Source: a virus (Duplodnaviria; Caudoviricetes). Taken from it: 24,730 nucleotides of DNA. Position numbers and translations under genes: made by a program. A model generated the notes under the pieces. That model worked only from the letters and a program-made list of their open reading frames with translations, ran no database searches and was not told where the DNA came from. Below are positions 6,981 to 15,483 of the stretch, piece after piece (positions within the stretch are counted from its first letter, which is position 1; each line of letters begins with the position of its first letter). Location: the IMG/VR virus record IMGVR_UViG_3300030116_006519, positions 1-24,730 of that record; one strand, written 5' to 3'.

Positions 6981-7532
6981 CTAGCGAAAAGGTGGGCCAG
7001 TAAACCAAGCAACAAGTACATATCTTTCGCCTTTGGTAATCGGTTTGACTTTGTGTGGTAAGAAAGAACTGAAAGCAACTACTTCACCAACTTTAGGTTT
7101 TGTGCAACTAGCACTCTCCCCTGTGCGGAAGCATATCTCACCGCCCTCATACTTGTCGTTGAGCAAAAGACTTACCGAAATTTTTCTAGTGGCTGAGACT
7201 CCCTCGGGTCCCAAATCTATGTGGTACTCGTAACCCTTGCTCGGTGACTTGTATCTTATGACCTGTGCTTTTTCTATACCGTCAATCTCGTAACCAAAAT
7301 ATTGGTTCACATGTTTGGCTATCCTGCTCAGGATTGCGTACAACCTTTTGGCCTCGTAGTCTATGAAATAAATCTCGGCATCTCTAACGCTAGCATTTTT
7401 TTGTTCAGTGCCCCCCGTGTGAATTTTTGCCTCTTGGGGTTCCTTATCAATAATGTAATCCATGAACAACTCTACGTCTTCCTCTTTCAAGGCTAAACCA
7501 GTAACACCATGTTTAGGTAGTTCTGAACTCAT
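6981..7532 (-). CDS. 2OG-Fe(II) oxygenase (prolyl-4-hydroxylase-like)
   Basis: YHID...RKISVSLLLNDKYEGGE...FSSFLPHKVKPITKGERYVLVAW (HxD...H...R). Confidence 0.9.
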   Translation of the reverse strand: MSSELPKHGVTGLALKEEDVELFMDYIIDKEPQEAKIHTGGTEQKNASVRDAEIYFIDYEAKRLYAILSRIAKHVNQYFGYEIDGIEKAQVIRYKSPSKGYEYHIDLGPEGVSATRKISVSLLLNDKYEGGEICFRTGESASCTKPKVGEVVAFSSFLPHKVKPITKGERYVLVAWFTGPPFR

Positions 7533-7876
7533 TGTGCCATTTTGTATTATTCTGTAAAAAATTACAATCCATAGGAATCATAATTTTTGGTGCTTCAGTG
7601 TGATGAACTTAGTTGCGTGTGCACTGCAAACGCAAAACAAGTATTAGGGGGGTGTGGTCAAAAAATAAACAACAAGTGTCAGAAAAAAAGGGCCCCTAGG
7701 GACTCCAAAGGCGTTACAGTGACCGTTGTACATACAAGGATAATTTTGACAGTGCAATGACAAGGCTTTCGTAGTCGTCTGTATCTCTTTGTTTATGCGT
7801 GTTCTGGATAATCGCTTATATTTTTTGATTATTTTGTGTGGTGTCCCAGAAAAAAAGTCAGATGCAAGTTTTTTTA

Positions 7877-8404
7877 TTATCGGTCCTTGTCAGAGTAAGT
7901 CTGGGAATCTGTGCCGAATAATTTTCCTAATCTTTCACGAATTTGTTCTTTGCTCATCTTCTCTAGGTTGGCATTGATATTAATATTCTGCGATCTGTTA
8001 ATCGATAAACCACCGAGCTGATTAAGTTCTTTTATGGCTGATACTGCCGCATTGTATTGACCATTCTCGTAAGCAGTTTCCATAATCTTCCACAACATCG
8101 TACCTGTTTTTTGTGGAGTGATGGCATACTTCTCGGCAAGTTCTTCTTGCTTGAGCTTGATGGCTTTGACTACGTTGGGATAGTCTTTGCCGTTCAATAG
8201 TTTATTAGCAGACACACTTGGAAACTCATACCCTGCTTTTCTGGCCGCTTCGGTCTGGCCACATGTGCCTTCGGTGTAGTGCCATACAAAACTGGTTTGC
8301 ATCTCAGTCAAACCAAACTCTTCATTCTTATCAAATTGACTGGGTGTTTTTACTATTTTGTCTCTCGGTTTCTTTGGTCTACCTGCCATATCACTCCTCG
8401 TCAA
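7877..8404 (-). CDS. terS: Terminase small subunit
   Basis: LTEMQTSFVWHY...QTEAARKAGY...ANKLL HTH; AAVSAIKELNQLGGL oligomerisation-type helix. Confidence 0.7.
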   Translation of the reverse strand: MTRSDMAGRPKKPRDKIVKTPSQFDKNEEFGLTEMQTSFVWHYTEGTCGQTEAARKAGYEFPSVSANKLLNGKDYPNVVKAIKLKQEELAEKYAITPQKTGTMLWKIMETAYENGQYNAAVSAIKELNQLGGLSINRSQNININANLEKMSKEQIRERLGKLFGTDSQTYSDKDR

Positions 8405-8732
8405 TGTGGTAGTTCAAAGTCAACTCTTCACCACAATTTATGTCTCTGGATGTGAAGACGTTAAAAACACGGTAGTCATCCCAATCTAACTCTTCTTCTA
8501 TGTAACAGTTAGCATCCTCATCGTGATTAAAGAAACCACCCAAAGGTGTTCTAATGAAGCCATATATGATTGGCACTTTGATGTGGGACATGCCTAAGTT
8601 AGTGCCTGCACTTATGTCTTCTTTGGCAAACAAACCTAATCCCTCAATATCACTTGGTTCTATGTTGAGAAAGTCGGGCAAGGGTTTGTAGTAAAATTTA
8701 TTGTATTTAGTCTTTCTTAATTTTTTTGACAT
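8391..8732 (-). CDS. SET-domain protein (putative lysine methyltransferase)
   Basis: IEGLGLFAKEDI (GxG), FFNHDEDANC (NH motif), RDINCGEELTLNY (GEELxxxY). Confidence 0.9.
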   Translation of the reverse strand: MSKKLRKTKYNKFYYKPLPDFLNIEPSDIEGLGLFAKEDISAGTNLGMSHIKVPIIYGFIRTPLGGFFNHDEDANCYIEEELDWDDYRVFNVFTSRDINCGEELTLNYHIDEE

Positions 8733-8859
8733 CGCTCACTACTCTTTTTTTAGTTTTCTTCCAATGCTTCCGATACGGGCTGTTGAATATCATATTCCAC
8801 CGCTCTTGCATATCCATTTCGGATATTTGTTGTTTTCTTCTAGTGCTACCTTTCGACAT
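8707..8859 (-). CDS. Small basic phage protein (50 aa)
   Basis: Manual translation MSKGSTRRKQQISEMDMQERWNMIFNSPYRKHWKKTKKRVVSDVKKIKKD*; GAGGA SD. Confidence 0.65.
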   Translation of the reverse strand: MSKGSTRRKQQISEMDMQERWNMIFNSPYRKHWKKTKKRVVSDVKKIKKD

Positions 8860-8883
8860 AAAATCTTTCCTCAATATCATAAA

Positions 8884-8976
8884 TCAATCGTCATTCCATT
8901 CAAACCATATTGCTAAGCAAGTTGCCACGCTTACAAATATAACCATAAACAATATGAATTCTAAGCTATTACTCAT
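8884..8976 (-). CDS. Small membrane peptide (30 aa)
   Basis: Manual translation MSNSLEFILFMVIFVSVATCLAIWFEWNDD*; TATAAT 6 nt before the ATG. Confidence 0.5.
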   Translation of the reverse strand: MSNSLEFILFMVIFVSVATCLAIWFEWNDD

Positions 8977-8989
8977 AGTTATATTATAA

Positions 8990-9170
8990 ACAGGGTAGAG
9001 GGTGTAAGGGTAGGCTGTTCTAATAATACCTTTTTTGTACCTAGTATAAACGTGTTTATACGGCTATCACTTAACACTTTTATTATTATATATACACTTA
9101 CACTACACTGTAGCAATAACCCGATGGACAAAGGGATTGAGGTCAGTGTAAGGTAAAGTGTAGGGTATGT
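8990..9170. other. Candidate replication origin
   Basis: Non-coding; several TACAC/GTGTA repeats in both orientations, palindrome 9044-9061, AT-rich core near 9078-9094; downstream of the primase-helicase operon. Confidence 0.4.
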
Positions 9171-9175
9171 CATTT

Positions 9176-10309
9176 TCATTTCACATTCCATTTTTTGTCG
9201 TAACTTTTATTATTTGGGCCTATATATTCATGTGAGTAACATATTCTCTCAGTGTCTAATTTAAAATGTTTCCAAGTATCCTTCTTATTTCTCTTACATG
9301 ATTTGCTTCTGTCAGCTTGATTTGTTGATGTGGCTCGCCACAAAGAACTCGATTCTCGATACTCGCCCATTCTAATGTGTGCTGTCTTAGAAAAGTATCT
9401 GTAACCTCTTTCTATATGTAAGTCAGCTATTGCATCAGAGAACCTTACACCAATACCCATGCCCTGAAAATCAGGCAGTATAACAGTCCTACACTCACGG
9501 AACTTGTTTCTTCTATCACCATCGTAGAGGGGCGGTATTCTGCCCGGCAACGCTATGCTCGAGCCAAAACCAATAACTTTGCCTGCATAGTTACAAGAAA
9601 AGCATCTAACGGCCATTGGCAGATCAGCAGTCAAATAGTGATGTTTCGCAAATACTGGCCAAATATGTCTGTCTGTAATCCCGATGCTAAAGTTGATTTT
9701 CGGTCTCCGAAGTCGCCCCCGAATCAACTCTTCTGTGTCCGTGTTGTAAACCCAATCAGGTTCTAACCATTGCAAAATATCCTCGTGGCATGTTGCAATA
9801 ACAATACCTTTCAAATTGTTTCTTTTGATGTATTTGGTTATGGCTAAGGAACAACTTTTTGCAACCTCACGATTGACCACAGAAGTAAATTCATCTATCA
9901 GTGCACCCGATTTTAAGACTCTGGCCAAGTCTGCCCTGAAGCCCTCACCATTTGATAACACATTGCGAGGCTTAGCCCAAGTGGGCACAGTATTGAGGCC
10001 TACAGCACTAAGTTTTTCTATCGCCTCGTCTACACTTGCGAAGTGAGATGCAACTGTTTTGCTATTGTCCCAATCAGGTTTAGGCACAGACCCCAGACCT
10101 TTCAAAATTGTTGATTTACCACTGCCACTTGACCCGTAGATTACCCCTATGGCAAAGTCCTCATCTATGTTTGGGAAGTTAGGTACGTTAAATTTTGTTT
10201 GACCTTCAAAAGTAAAATCAAAGTTTTTGTATAGGTCTTTGTCTATTTCTGACATCTTCACCTGTGACTGCAATACTTGTTTACCCTTGTACTTCATCAA
10301 TCGTTCCAA
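9176..10309 (-). CDS. ABC-type ATPase fused to a GNAT-like acetyltransferase
   Basis: Walker A GSSGSGKST, signature LSNGE, Walker B ALIDEF, H-switch ATCH; C-terminal HHYL...RTVILPDFQGMGIG (GNAT acetyl-CoA motif A). Confidence 0.85.
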   Translation of the reverse strand: MERLMKYKGKQVLQSQVKMSEIDKDLYKNFDFTFEGQTKFNVPNFPNIDEDFAIGVIYGSSGSGKSTILKGLGSVPKPDWDNSKTVASHFASVDEAIEKLSAVGLNTVPTWAKPRNVLSNGEGFRADLARVLKSGALIDEFTSVVNREVAKSCSLAITKYIKRNNLKGIVIATCHEDILQWLEPDWVYNTDTEELIRGRLRRPKINFSIGITDRHIWPVFAKHHYLTADLPMAVRCFSCNYAGKVIGFGSSIALPGRIPPLYDGDRRNKFRECRTVILPDFQGMGIGVRFSDAIADLHIERGYRYFSKTAHIRMGEYRESSSLWRATSTNQADRSKSCKRNKKDTWKHFKLDTERICYSHEYIGPNNKSYDKKWNVK

Positions 10310-12477
10310 TCATCATAACTACCCACCGAGCTTACGCTCTTCGTGTCTTCGACAGCAGTGTAGTCTAGGTCATACACGTTCTTACCGTTGGTCCGTCTTT
10401 TCTCGATGCCATGCTCGTGTAAGACACGGACCGCATCTTTGATGTCAGGCATCCTCGGATTGCTGATACCTAAGTCACGAAGCAACTGGGTCATCTGGAC
10501 AGGTCGGGTGTCCTTACTATCGAAGTGCACATGTTGCAGGACTAAGTCTTCGACTGAGCTTTGGGTGCGATAAGTTTCATTCGATTCTTGCAGAAGCTCT
10601 CGCTCATCTGGTGATAAGAACCAGTTCTTCACACCCTTAATATAATACTGCTCCTTGATCTCTGCCCACAGCTGTTGCATGTCGATACCGTGATTGACAT
10701 TGATCTCTTTGACTGCGAGTACCCAAAATCTTCGATTACCTGACGTGTCCGTCAAAAACTCTCTGGCATTGACACTGGCGTAGAAGGCAGTCCGTCTTTG
10801 GTAAGTAGTGAAAGCTCGGTCATAAGGCAAACGCAACTCATCTGTTTTGGCTGTCACAAAGGCCTTGAGTTGGTCTATGTCAGACTTCTTAAAAGTCGAC
10901 TCTATTTCACCGAGCTCCACTATCCAATGAGAGACTGCTCGTTTCACACTATCTTTGTCGGATGGGTTGAGGGTTGCTCCCTCTAACAACCAACCCGATT
11001 CGTAATCGCACAAGCGTTTGAACCATAAAGTCTTACCGAGGCCCTGTGCTCCTTGTAGCACCAAGATACCCTCAAGCTCAACTCCGTTGTCTTCGTAAGC
11101 GGCGGCCACGCAACTGATCAACCACTTCTTTAGTAATATTTCTTTTTGTCTTTTCGATTCGACTGTGACCAAGGTGTCCATGAAAGCCTCCAGTCTCGAT
11201 GTCCCATCCCACGGCTTAGAATCAATCCATTCTTTCACAGGGTTGTATTCCTCGGCTAGTATCTTGAGGTAGTCTCTGACTTTGGTGTGTGGTATGCCCA
11301 TATTGATACACCGATTTTCAATCTCAATCAGGCTCGCTTCTTCCTTCATGTCAGCGATAAACTTCGTTTCAGGTATCTCAATCTCCATGCGTTTCTTGAT
11401 GACGTTGTAGCGGACTGCAATACCATGGGTCGCAAGGACCCCACCGATGTTATCCTTGGTATTGAGTATGCGACCACTGGCACTTCTATGAAAGTCGTAT
11501 TCGATTGGCAGTTCGAGACTTTGCAGAACCACTTCACCTTCGGTGTCCGCAACTTCGTTCTTGTGGTCGTTATAGTCTCCTTTGCTTTCGGGCATGAAGA
11601 CCTCTGCATGGCCTCCAAGCTTTTTGATTATGTTGCAGGCCTTGATAGCTTCTTTCTCCCCCGTCTTACTATCATCGTTGTCGGCAATAAAAATATGTTT
11701 GTGTTGTGGGAAGTATTCATACATAGTCTCAGCTACCGCTGATAAGTTGTACGCATCAAAGGTCACGACCACAGCCTGACTGTAATCGGCATAGTAACTG
11801 CTGGCCGTGGCATAGCCTTCGCAGTAGTTTATGATTTTATTATTAGCATTTTTGAGTAACTCTTGTCCCAAGATAAAAAAGCTCCCGCTTTTTTTAGAAC
11901 CAGTAAGAAATCTTTTTTCGCCTTTGTCATCGATATATTGCAGACCGACCACGGCGAGATGCTGGTCGTACAGCGGAATGATTAGTCGACCTTTGGGGTC
12001 TTGTTTCAAACCATAAGATAAGACTTGTTTGCGTTCTAAGTAGGGATGTTTTTCACAAGGTTCGCTACTGTTCCAGATGGCGACAGCTCGTTCAGCGGCC
12101 TTGCTATACTTCTCAGCTTGTTTGACCTCAGCCTCTTTTCTTAATCTTTCAATCTCCTCTTTGTGAGCTTTGGTCAATCTCCGACCCGCTCCATTCTCAG
12201 GATGCCATGTTGCTTGTGGTTCGTTAGCACTTAGTCGGTAATCACCAAACCGACCAAAGGGCGTTGATTGGTCAGCCCAAAACTGATACCAACCCACCTT
12301 CTTACGTTGGCCACCAACATTTATGTAAGCCCGACCAACCGAACCATCGGTGACCAAACCTTTTTGTAAGTCAGGCTCGATACCGTGGTCTGACAAAAAA
12401 TTAGTAAACTGAGTATGTAGGTCATGGGTTAGGGGCTTAGTAAAATTCTTTTGTGGTTTTTTAATTTTTAGTGACAT
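10297..12477 (-). CDS. DNA primase (Toprim) fused to a VirE/VapE-like helicase
   Basis: HPYL motif, Toprim CEGYATA...IADND...GDYND; P-loop GAQGLGKT, WIVELGE, DTSGNRRF. Confidence 0.9.
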   Translation of the reverse strand: MSLKIKKPQKNFTKPLTHDLHTQFTNFLSDHGIEPDLQKGLVTDGSVGRAYINVGGQRKKVGWYQFWADQSTPFGRFGDYRLSANEPQATWHPENGAGRRLTKAHKEEIERLRKEAEVKQAEKYSKAAERAVAIWNSSEPCEKHPYLERKQVLSYGLKQDPKGRLIIPLYDQHLAVVGLQYIDDKGEKRFLTGSKKSGSFFILGQELLKNANNKIINYCEGYATASSYYADYSQAVVVTFDAYNLSAVAETMYEYFPQHKHIFIADNDDSKTGEKEAIKACNIIKKLGGHAEVFMPESKGDYNDHKNEVADTEGEVVLQSLELPIEYDFHRSASGRILNTKDNIGGVLATHGIAVRYNVIKKRMEIEIPETKFIADMKEEASLIEIENRCINMGIPHTKVRDYLKILAEEYNPVKEWIDSKPWDGTSRLEAFMDTLVTVESKRQKEILLKKWLISCVAAAYEDNGVELEGILVLQGAQGLGKTLWFKRLCDYESGWLLEGATLNPSDKDSVKRAVSHWIVELGEIESTFKKSDIDQLKAFVTAKTDELRLPYDRAFTTYQRRTAFYASVNAREFLTDTSGNRRFWVLAVKEINVNHGIDMQQLWAEIKEQYYIKGVKNWFLSPDERELLQESNETYRTQSSVEDLVLQHVHFDSKDTRPVQMTQLLRDLGISNPRMPDIKDAVRVLHEHGIEKRRTNGKNVYDLDYTAVEDTKSVSSVGSYDDWND

Positions 12478-12500
12478 TTGTTCTTGCTCTTAATATTAGA

Positions 12501-12538
12501 TTGTGTTTTAATTTACACTATGCTATAAAAATTAGCAA
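12501..12538. promoter_or_regulatory. Overlapping divergent promoters (primase leftward, SSB rightward)
   Basis: Minus: TTGCTA (12538-12533), 17 nt, TAAATT (12515-12510). Plus: TTGTGT (12501-12506), 17 nt, TATAAA (12524-12529) with TGn extension. Confidence 0.5.
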
Positions 12539-12558
12539 TATATTATCGAGGAAAAATT

Positions 12559-13272
12559 ATGAGTTTAACAATAAGCAATCAAGGCAATGCTGACCTACCA
12601 AAGTTAGCTAAAGGAGTATATCATGGTACTTGTTTTCGTATCGTTGACTTGGGTGAATCTATCCAAGAATACAAAGGCGAGAAGAATAAAAGAAAACGAG
12701 TACATATTAGTTTTGAAATCACTGAGGCGGTAGACCCCTCTGACAATGCAGTTGATATGGATGATGGGCGACCATTTGCCGTATCTAAAACATACACCGC
12801 CTCTCTTTTTGAAAATGCGGCACTGCGTATTGATCTCCAAGCATGGCGAGGCAAAAGTTTTACCGAAGAAGAATTAAATGGTTTCGACATCGGTAAGCTG
12901 TTGGGTTGCACAGCAAGGATTGAAGTTGGGCATACCGAGCCTAGCGACAAAGGTGCTGGTGGCAATCCAAAAATACTTTCATTGCAAAGACCTGACGGTG
13001 GCATCGAGCAAGGCAAAGAAACTAAAAATGATAAGCAAAAATTTGATCTGTCAGTTTATTGTGACGAGTTTAACGGTAACTCTAGTCCTGAAACAAAAGC
13101 TATGTGTGATGTTTTTGAAAGTCTACCGACATGGCATCAGGAAGAGATACAAAAAAGTTTTGATTATGAGGCGGCTGTCGAGCAAGGTGCAAATAAACCT
13201 GTGACACAAGGCAATGGTGGCTTAGCAGATTTAGCTAAAGATGACAAAAAAGAAGATGACATACCTTTCTAG
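12559..13272 (+). CDS. Single-stranded DNA-binding/annealing-like replication protein
   Basis: RIVDLG...SKTYTASL...LRIDLQAWRG...KLLGCTA pattern; acidic C-terminal tail EDDIPF. Confidence 0.7.
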   Translation: MSLTISNQGNADLPKLAKGVYHGTCFRIVDLGESIQEYKGEKNKRKRVHISFEITEAVDPSDNAVDMDDGRPFAVSKTYTASLFENAALRIDLQAWRGKSFTEEELNGFDIGKLLGCTARIEVGHTEPSDKGAGGNPKILSLQRPDGGIEQGKETKNDKQKFDLSVYCDEFNGNSSPETKAMCDVFESLPTWHQEEIQKSFDYEAAVEQGANKPVTQGNGGLADLAKDDKKEDDIPF

Positions 13273-13274
13273 TT

Positions 13275-13339
13275 TGGTGACAGAGCAACTCCGCCAATAT
13301 CTCTTCATAAACTACCCGTGCAGGGGTTGCTCTCAACCA
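13275..13339 (+). other. Long stem-loop between SSB and DUF3310 genes
   Basis: AGAGCAACTCCGC (13282-13294) pairs with GCAGGGGTTGCTCT (13320-13333), extendable to TGGT/ACCA; 25-nt loop. Confidence 0.6.
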
Positions 13340-13596
13340 TGAAATATGATGATGTCAACCAACCTAAACACTATATGGGTGAGGGAGGACAAGACCGTGT
13401 CATTGAGTGTATCGATGCCATGGTCGCTGTCTACGGTGCCCAAAGAGTAAAGGAGTGGGCTGAGATAAATGCTTTTAAGTATCAGTGGCGACAAGGCAAA
13501 AAGGGTGATCAAACCGAACATATAAAAGACAAACAAAAAATAATCTGGTACACCAGATATTCAATGGGCGATGACCCGAGGAAAGAACATGAATAA
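13339..13596 (+). CDS. DUF3310 family protein (T7 gp1.7 nucleotide-kinase-like)
   Basis: DDVNQPKHY...IECIDAM...NAFKYQWRQGKKG...DKQKIIWY. Confidence 0.85.
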   Translation: MKYDDVNQPKHYMGEGGQDRVIECIDAMVAVYGAQRVKEWAEINAFKYQWRQGKKGDQTEHIKDKQKIIWYTRYSMGDDPRKEHE

Positions 13597-14308
13597 AGAA
13601 ATGAAATATGACATCTACTCACTGCCGAGTGTCTTGATGTTACAACACAGCATGGATGACAAAATGGTTGAGGACCTCAACGACTACCTTGATGGCTTAC
13701 AAAAAAGCAAAGATAAAAAATCAGCTAGTGAAGACTTAGTTGGTCAGATACACTCAGGTGAACAACTTATCATGGACCCCAAAGACAAGAAGGTAGCATC
13801 TTTTCGTGATATGGCTGTCAATCTAGGTATCAAATACATCCAACATTTTGTTCAACACACAGGCACAAATGTCAGACCAAAAAAATTAGGCTTAGACAAA
13901 CTATGGTCTGTGCATAGTTATGAGGGCGATTACAACCCCATACATGATCATCTGACATTAACTAATATGGGTATATCATTTACCTGTTGGACTAAAGTGC
14001 CTGAACAAATAACAAAACATAATATGAAAGATACTGGGTCTTACGATCTATACAATAATTCAGGGGCTATAGATGGCTTCATTAATTTTACTTACGGTTT
14101 GAATCAAACAGGTGACCCAGAGAAACTTAGACCATCGCAATCAAGATACATCAAACCTGAAGTCGGTAAGTTTCTGATGTTCCCATCTTGGATGCAACAT
14201 TGTGTCTATCCGTTCTTTGGTAAGGGTGAACGTAGAACCGTAGCTGGCAACCTCAACTGTTTTGATTTGACAAAAGAAGATATAGACAAGCTCAGGAAGA
14301 AGCAATGA
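13589..14308 (+). CDS. Putative 2OG-Fe(II) oxygenase (TIGR02466-like)
   Basis: WSVHSYEGDYNPIHDH...FPSWMQHCVYPF...ERRTVAGN; ATG 13589 preferred over 13571 (GAGG SD, overlap with the upstream stop). Confidence 0.8.
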   Translation: MNKEMKYDIYSLPSVLMLQHSMDDKMVEDLNDYLDGLQKSKDKKSASEDLVGQIHSGEQLIMDPKDKKVASFRDMAVNLGIKYIQHFVQHTGTNVRPKKLGLDKLWSVHSYEGDYNPIHDHLTLTNMGISFTCWTKVPEQITKHNMKDTGSYDLYNNSGAIDGFINFTYGLNQTGDPEKLRPSQSRYIKPEVGKFLMFPSWMQHCVYPFFGKGERRTVAGNLNCFDLTKEDIDKLRKKQ

Positions 14309-15078
14309 AGTTCGAGGTTGGTGTTTATGATGATATTCCTTATGAGCAGTATGCAGAGATTCCTGCATTCCGTTCTCACGATTTAACATCTGTTATTAAG
14401 TGCCCGTATAGCTGGAAGTATAAAAAGGATGTCAAACAAACACCTGCTATGCTGGAAGGCAGACTGCAACACACTTTGTTTTTAGAGGAACATAAATTTG
14501 ATGAGGAATTTATTATACAGCCTCAAATCGATAGAAGAACCAAAGCTGGCAAAGAAGACTACGAGGCTTTCCTTAATTCAGTAGGTAGTCGCTCAATAAT
14601 CACTCAAGAGCTTTATGATACATGTCAAGAAAGAAGAACAGTTATAGAGTCTTACGTCCCTAAAAAAACAGACATGGTCGAGCTTACCATTTGTTTTTTG
14701 TGGCACTCACAACCCTTCAAGTGTAGGTTAGACTGGTACGACCATGAGTATATCTGGGACTTAAAAACATGTATGGATGCCTCACCTCGTGGCTTTATTC
14801 GTGCTGTCAATAACTTCAACTATCACATGCAAGCATCGCTATACATAGATGCTTGTCGAGCCTCTGGCCTAAAATGTAAAGGTTTTAAGTTTCTGGCCCA
14901 AGAAAAAAAGGACCCATACCCCTATGCAGTTTATAGTCTATCTGGTGAATCAATACAGTACGCTCAAGCTAGAAACGAACAAGCCCTTCAAGTGTTGTTG
15001 AAATGTGAAGCCAGTAAGGAGTACAGGCCTTTCGACCTGTACGGTGAACAAGTCATAGAACTTAGTGACCTGTATTAG
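14305..15078 (+). CDS. PD-(D/E)XK nuclease, exonuclease VIII/RecE-like (DUF3799)
   Basis: GRLQHTLFLE, DRRTKAGK, KCRLDW...WDLKT, YHMQASLY, FLAQEK. Confidence 0.85.
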   Translation: MKFEVGVYDDIPYEQYAEIPAFRSHDLTSVIKCPYSWKYKKDVKQTPAMLEGRLQHTLFLEEHKFDEEFIIQPQIDRRTKAGKEDYEAFLNSVGSRSIITQELYDTCQERRTVIESYVPKKTDMVELTICFLWHSQPFKCRLDWYDHEYIWDLKTCMDASPRGFIRAVNNFNYHMQASLYIDACRASGLKCKGFKFLAQEKKDPYPYAVYSLSGESIQYAQARNEQALQVLLKCEASKEYRPFDLYGEQVIELSDLY

Positions 15079-15235
15079 ATTTTTGTAAATCTAATATATC
15101 ATTAAACCTTTTCCAATCATCCTTGTCCATATCGGCAAAAGTAATTTCTGCGTATGGCTTGTTGTGTTTCTTTTCCAACATCCTCTGGTTGATGTGTTCT
15201 AGTAATGGTATTAGATCGTTTTTAATATGCTTCAT
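15062..15235 (-). CDS. Small hypothetical protein (57 aa)
   Basis: Manual translation MKHIKNDLIPLLEHINQRMLEKKHNKPYAEITFADMDKDDWKRFNDILDLQKSNTGH*; GAGGAG SD and ATGA overlap. Confidence 0.7.
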   Translation of the reverse strand: MKHIKNDLIPLLEHINQRMLEKKHNKPYAEITFADMDKDDWKRFNDILDLQKSNTGH

Positions 15236-15483
15236 GCTTCCTCCTCTAAGTGTCCAATCAACTCACCATACTTATTGAAAAGATAATTATTCATTTCACA
15301 AAATTCTATCTGGTCGTCTAAGTCCATATCGGCAAAGTAGTCATACTTGATTATTGTATTGCCGTTTTCGTCTTCGTCTTCATAGTCAAAAGGACTGTCA
15401 TACATATAATGTATGAATGTAGCTTTTGCTTTATCATCTAGCTCTTTATATTCATAAGCTCTTACAGTTATTAATTTACTCAT
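15232..15483 (-). CDS. Acidic hypothetical protein (83 aa)
   Basis: GAGGAG SD; operon packing. Confidence 0.75.
   Translation of the reverse strand: MSKLITVRAYEYKELDDKAKATFIHYMYDSPFDYEDEDENGNTIIKYDYFADMDLDDQIEFCEMNNYLFNKYGELIGHLEEEA

Noticed and set aside
8979-9191. 70-aa minus-strand ORF
   Set aside because: Low-complexity translation across the repeat/palindrome cluster; more plausibly non-coding, although not excluded
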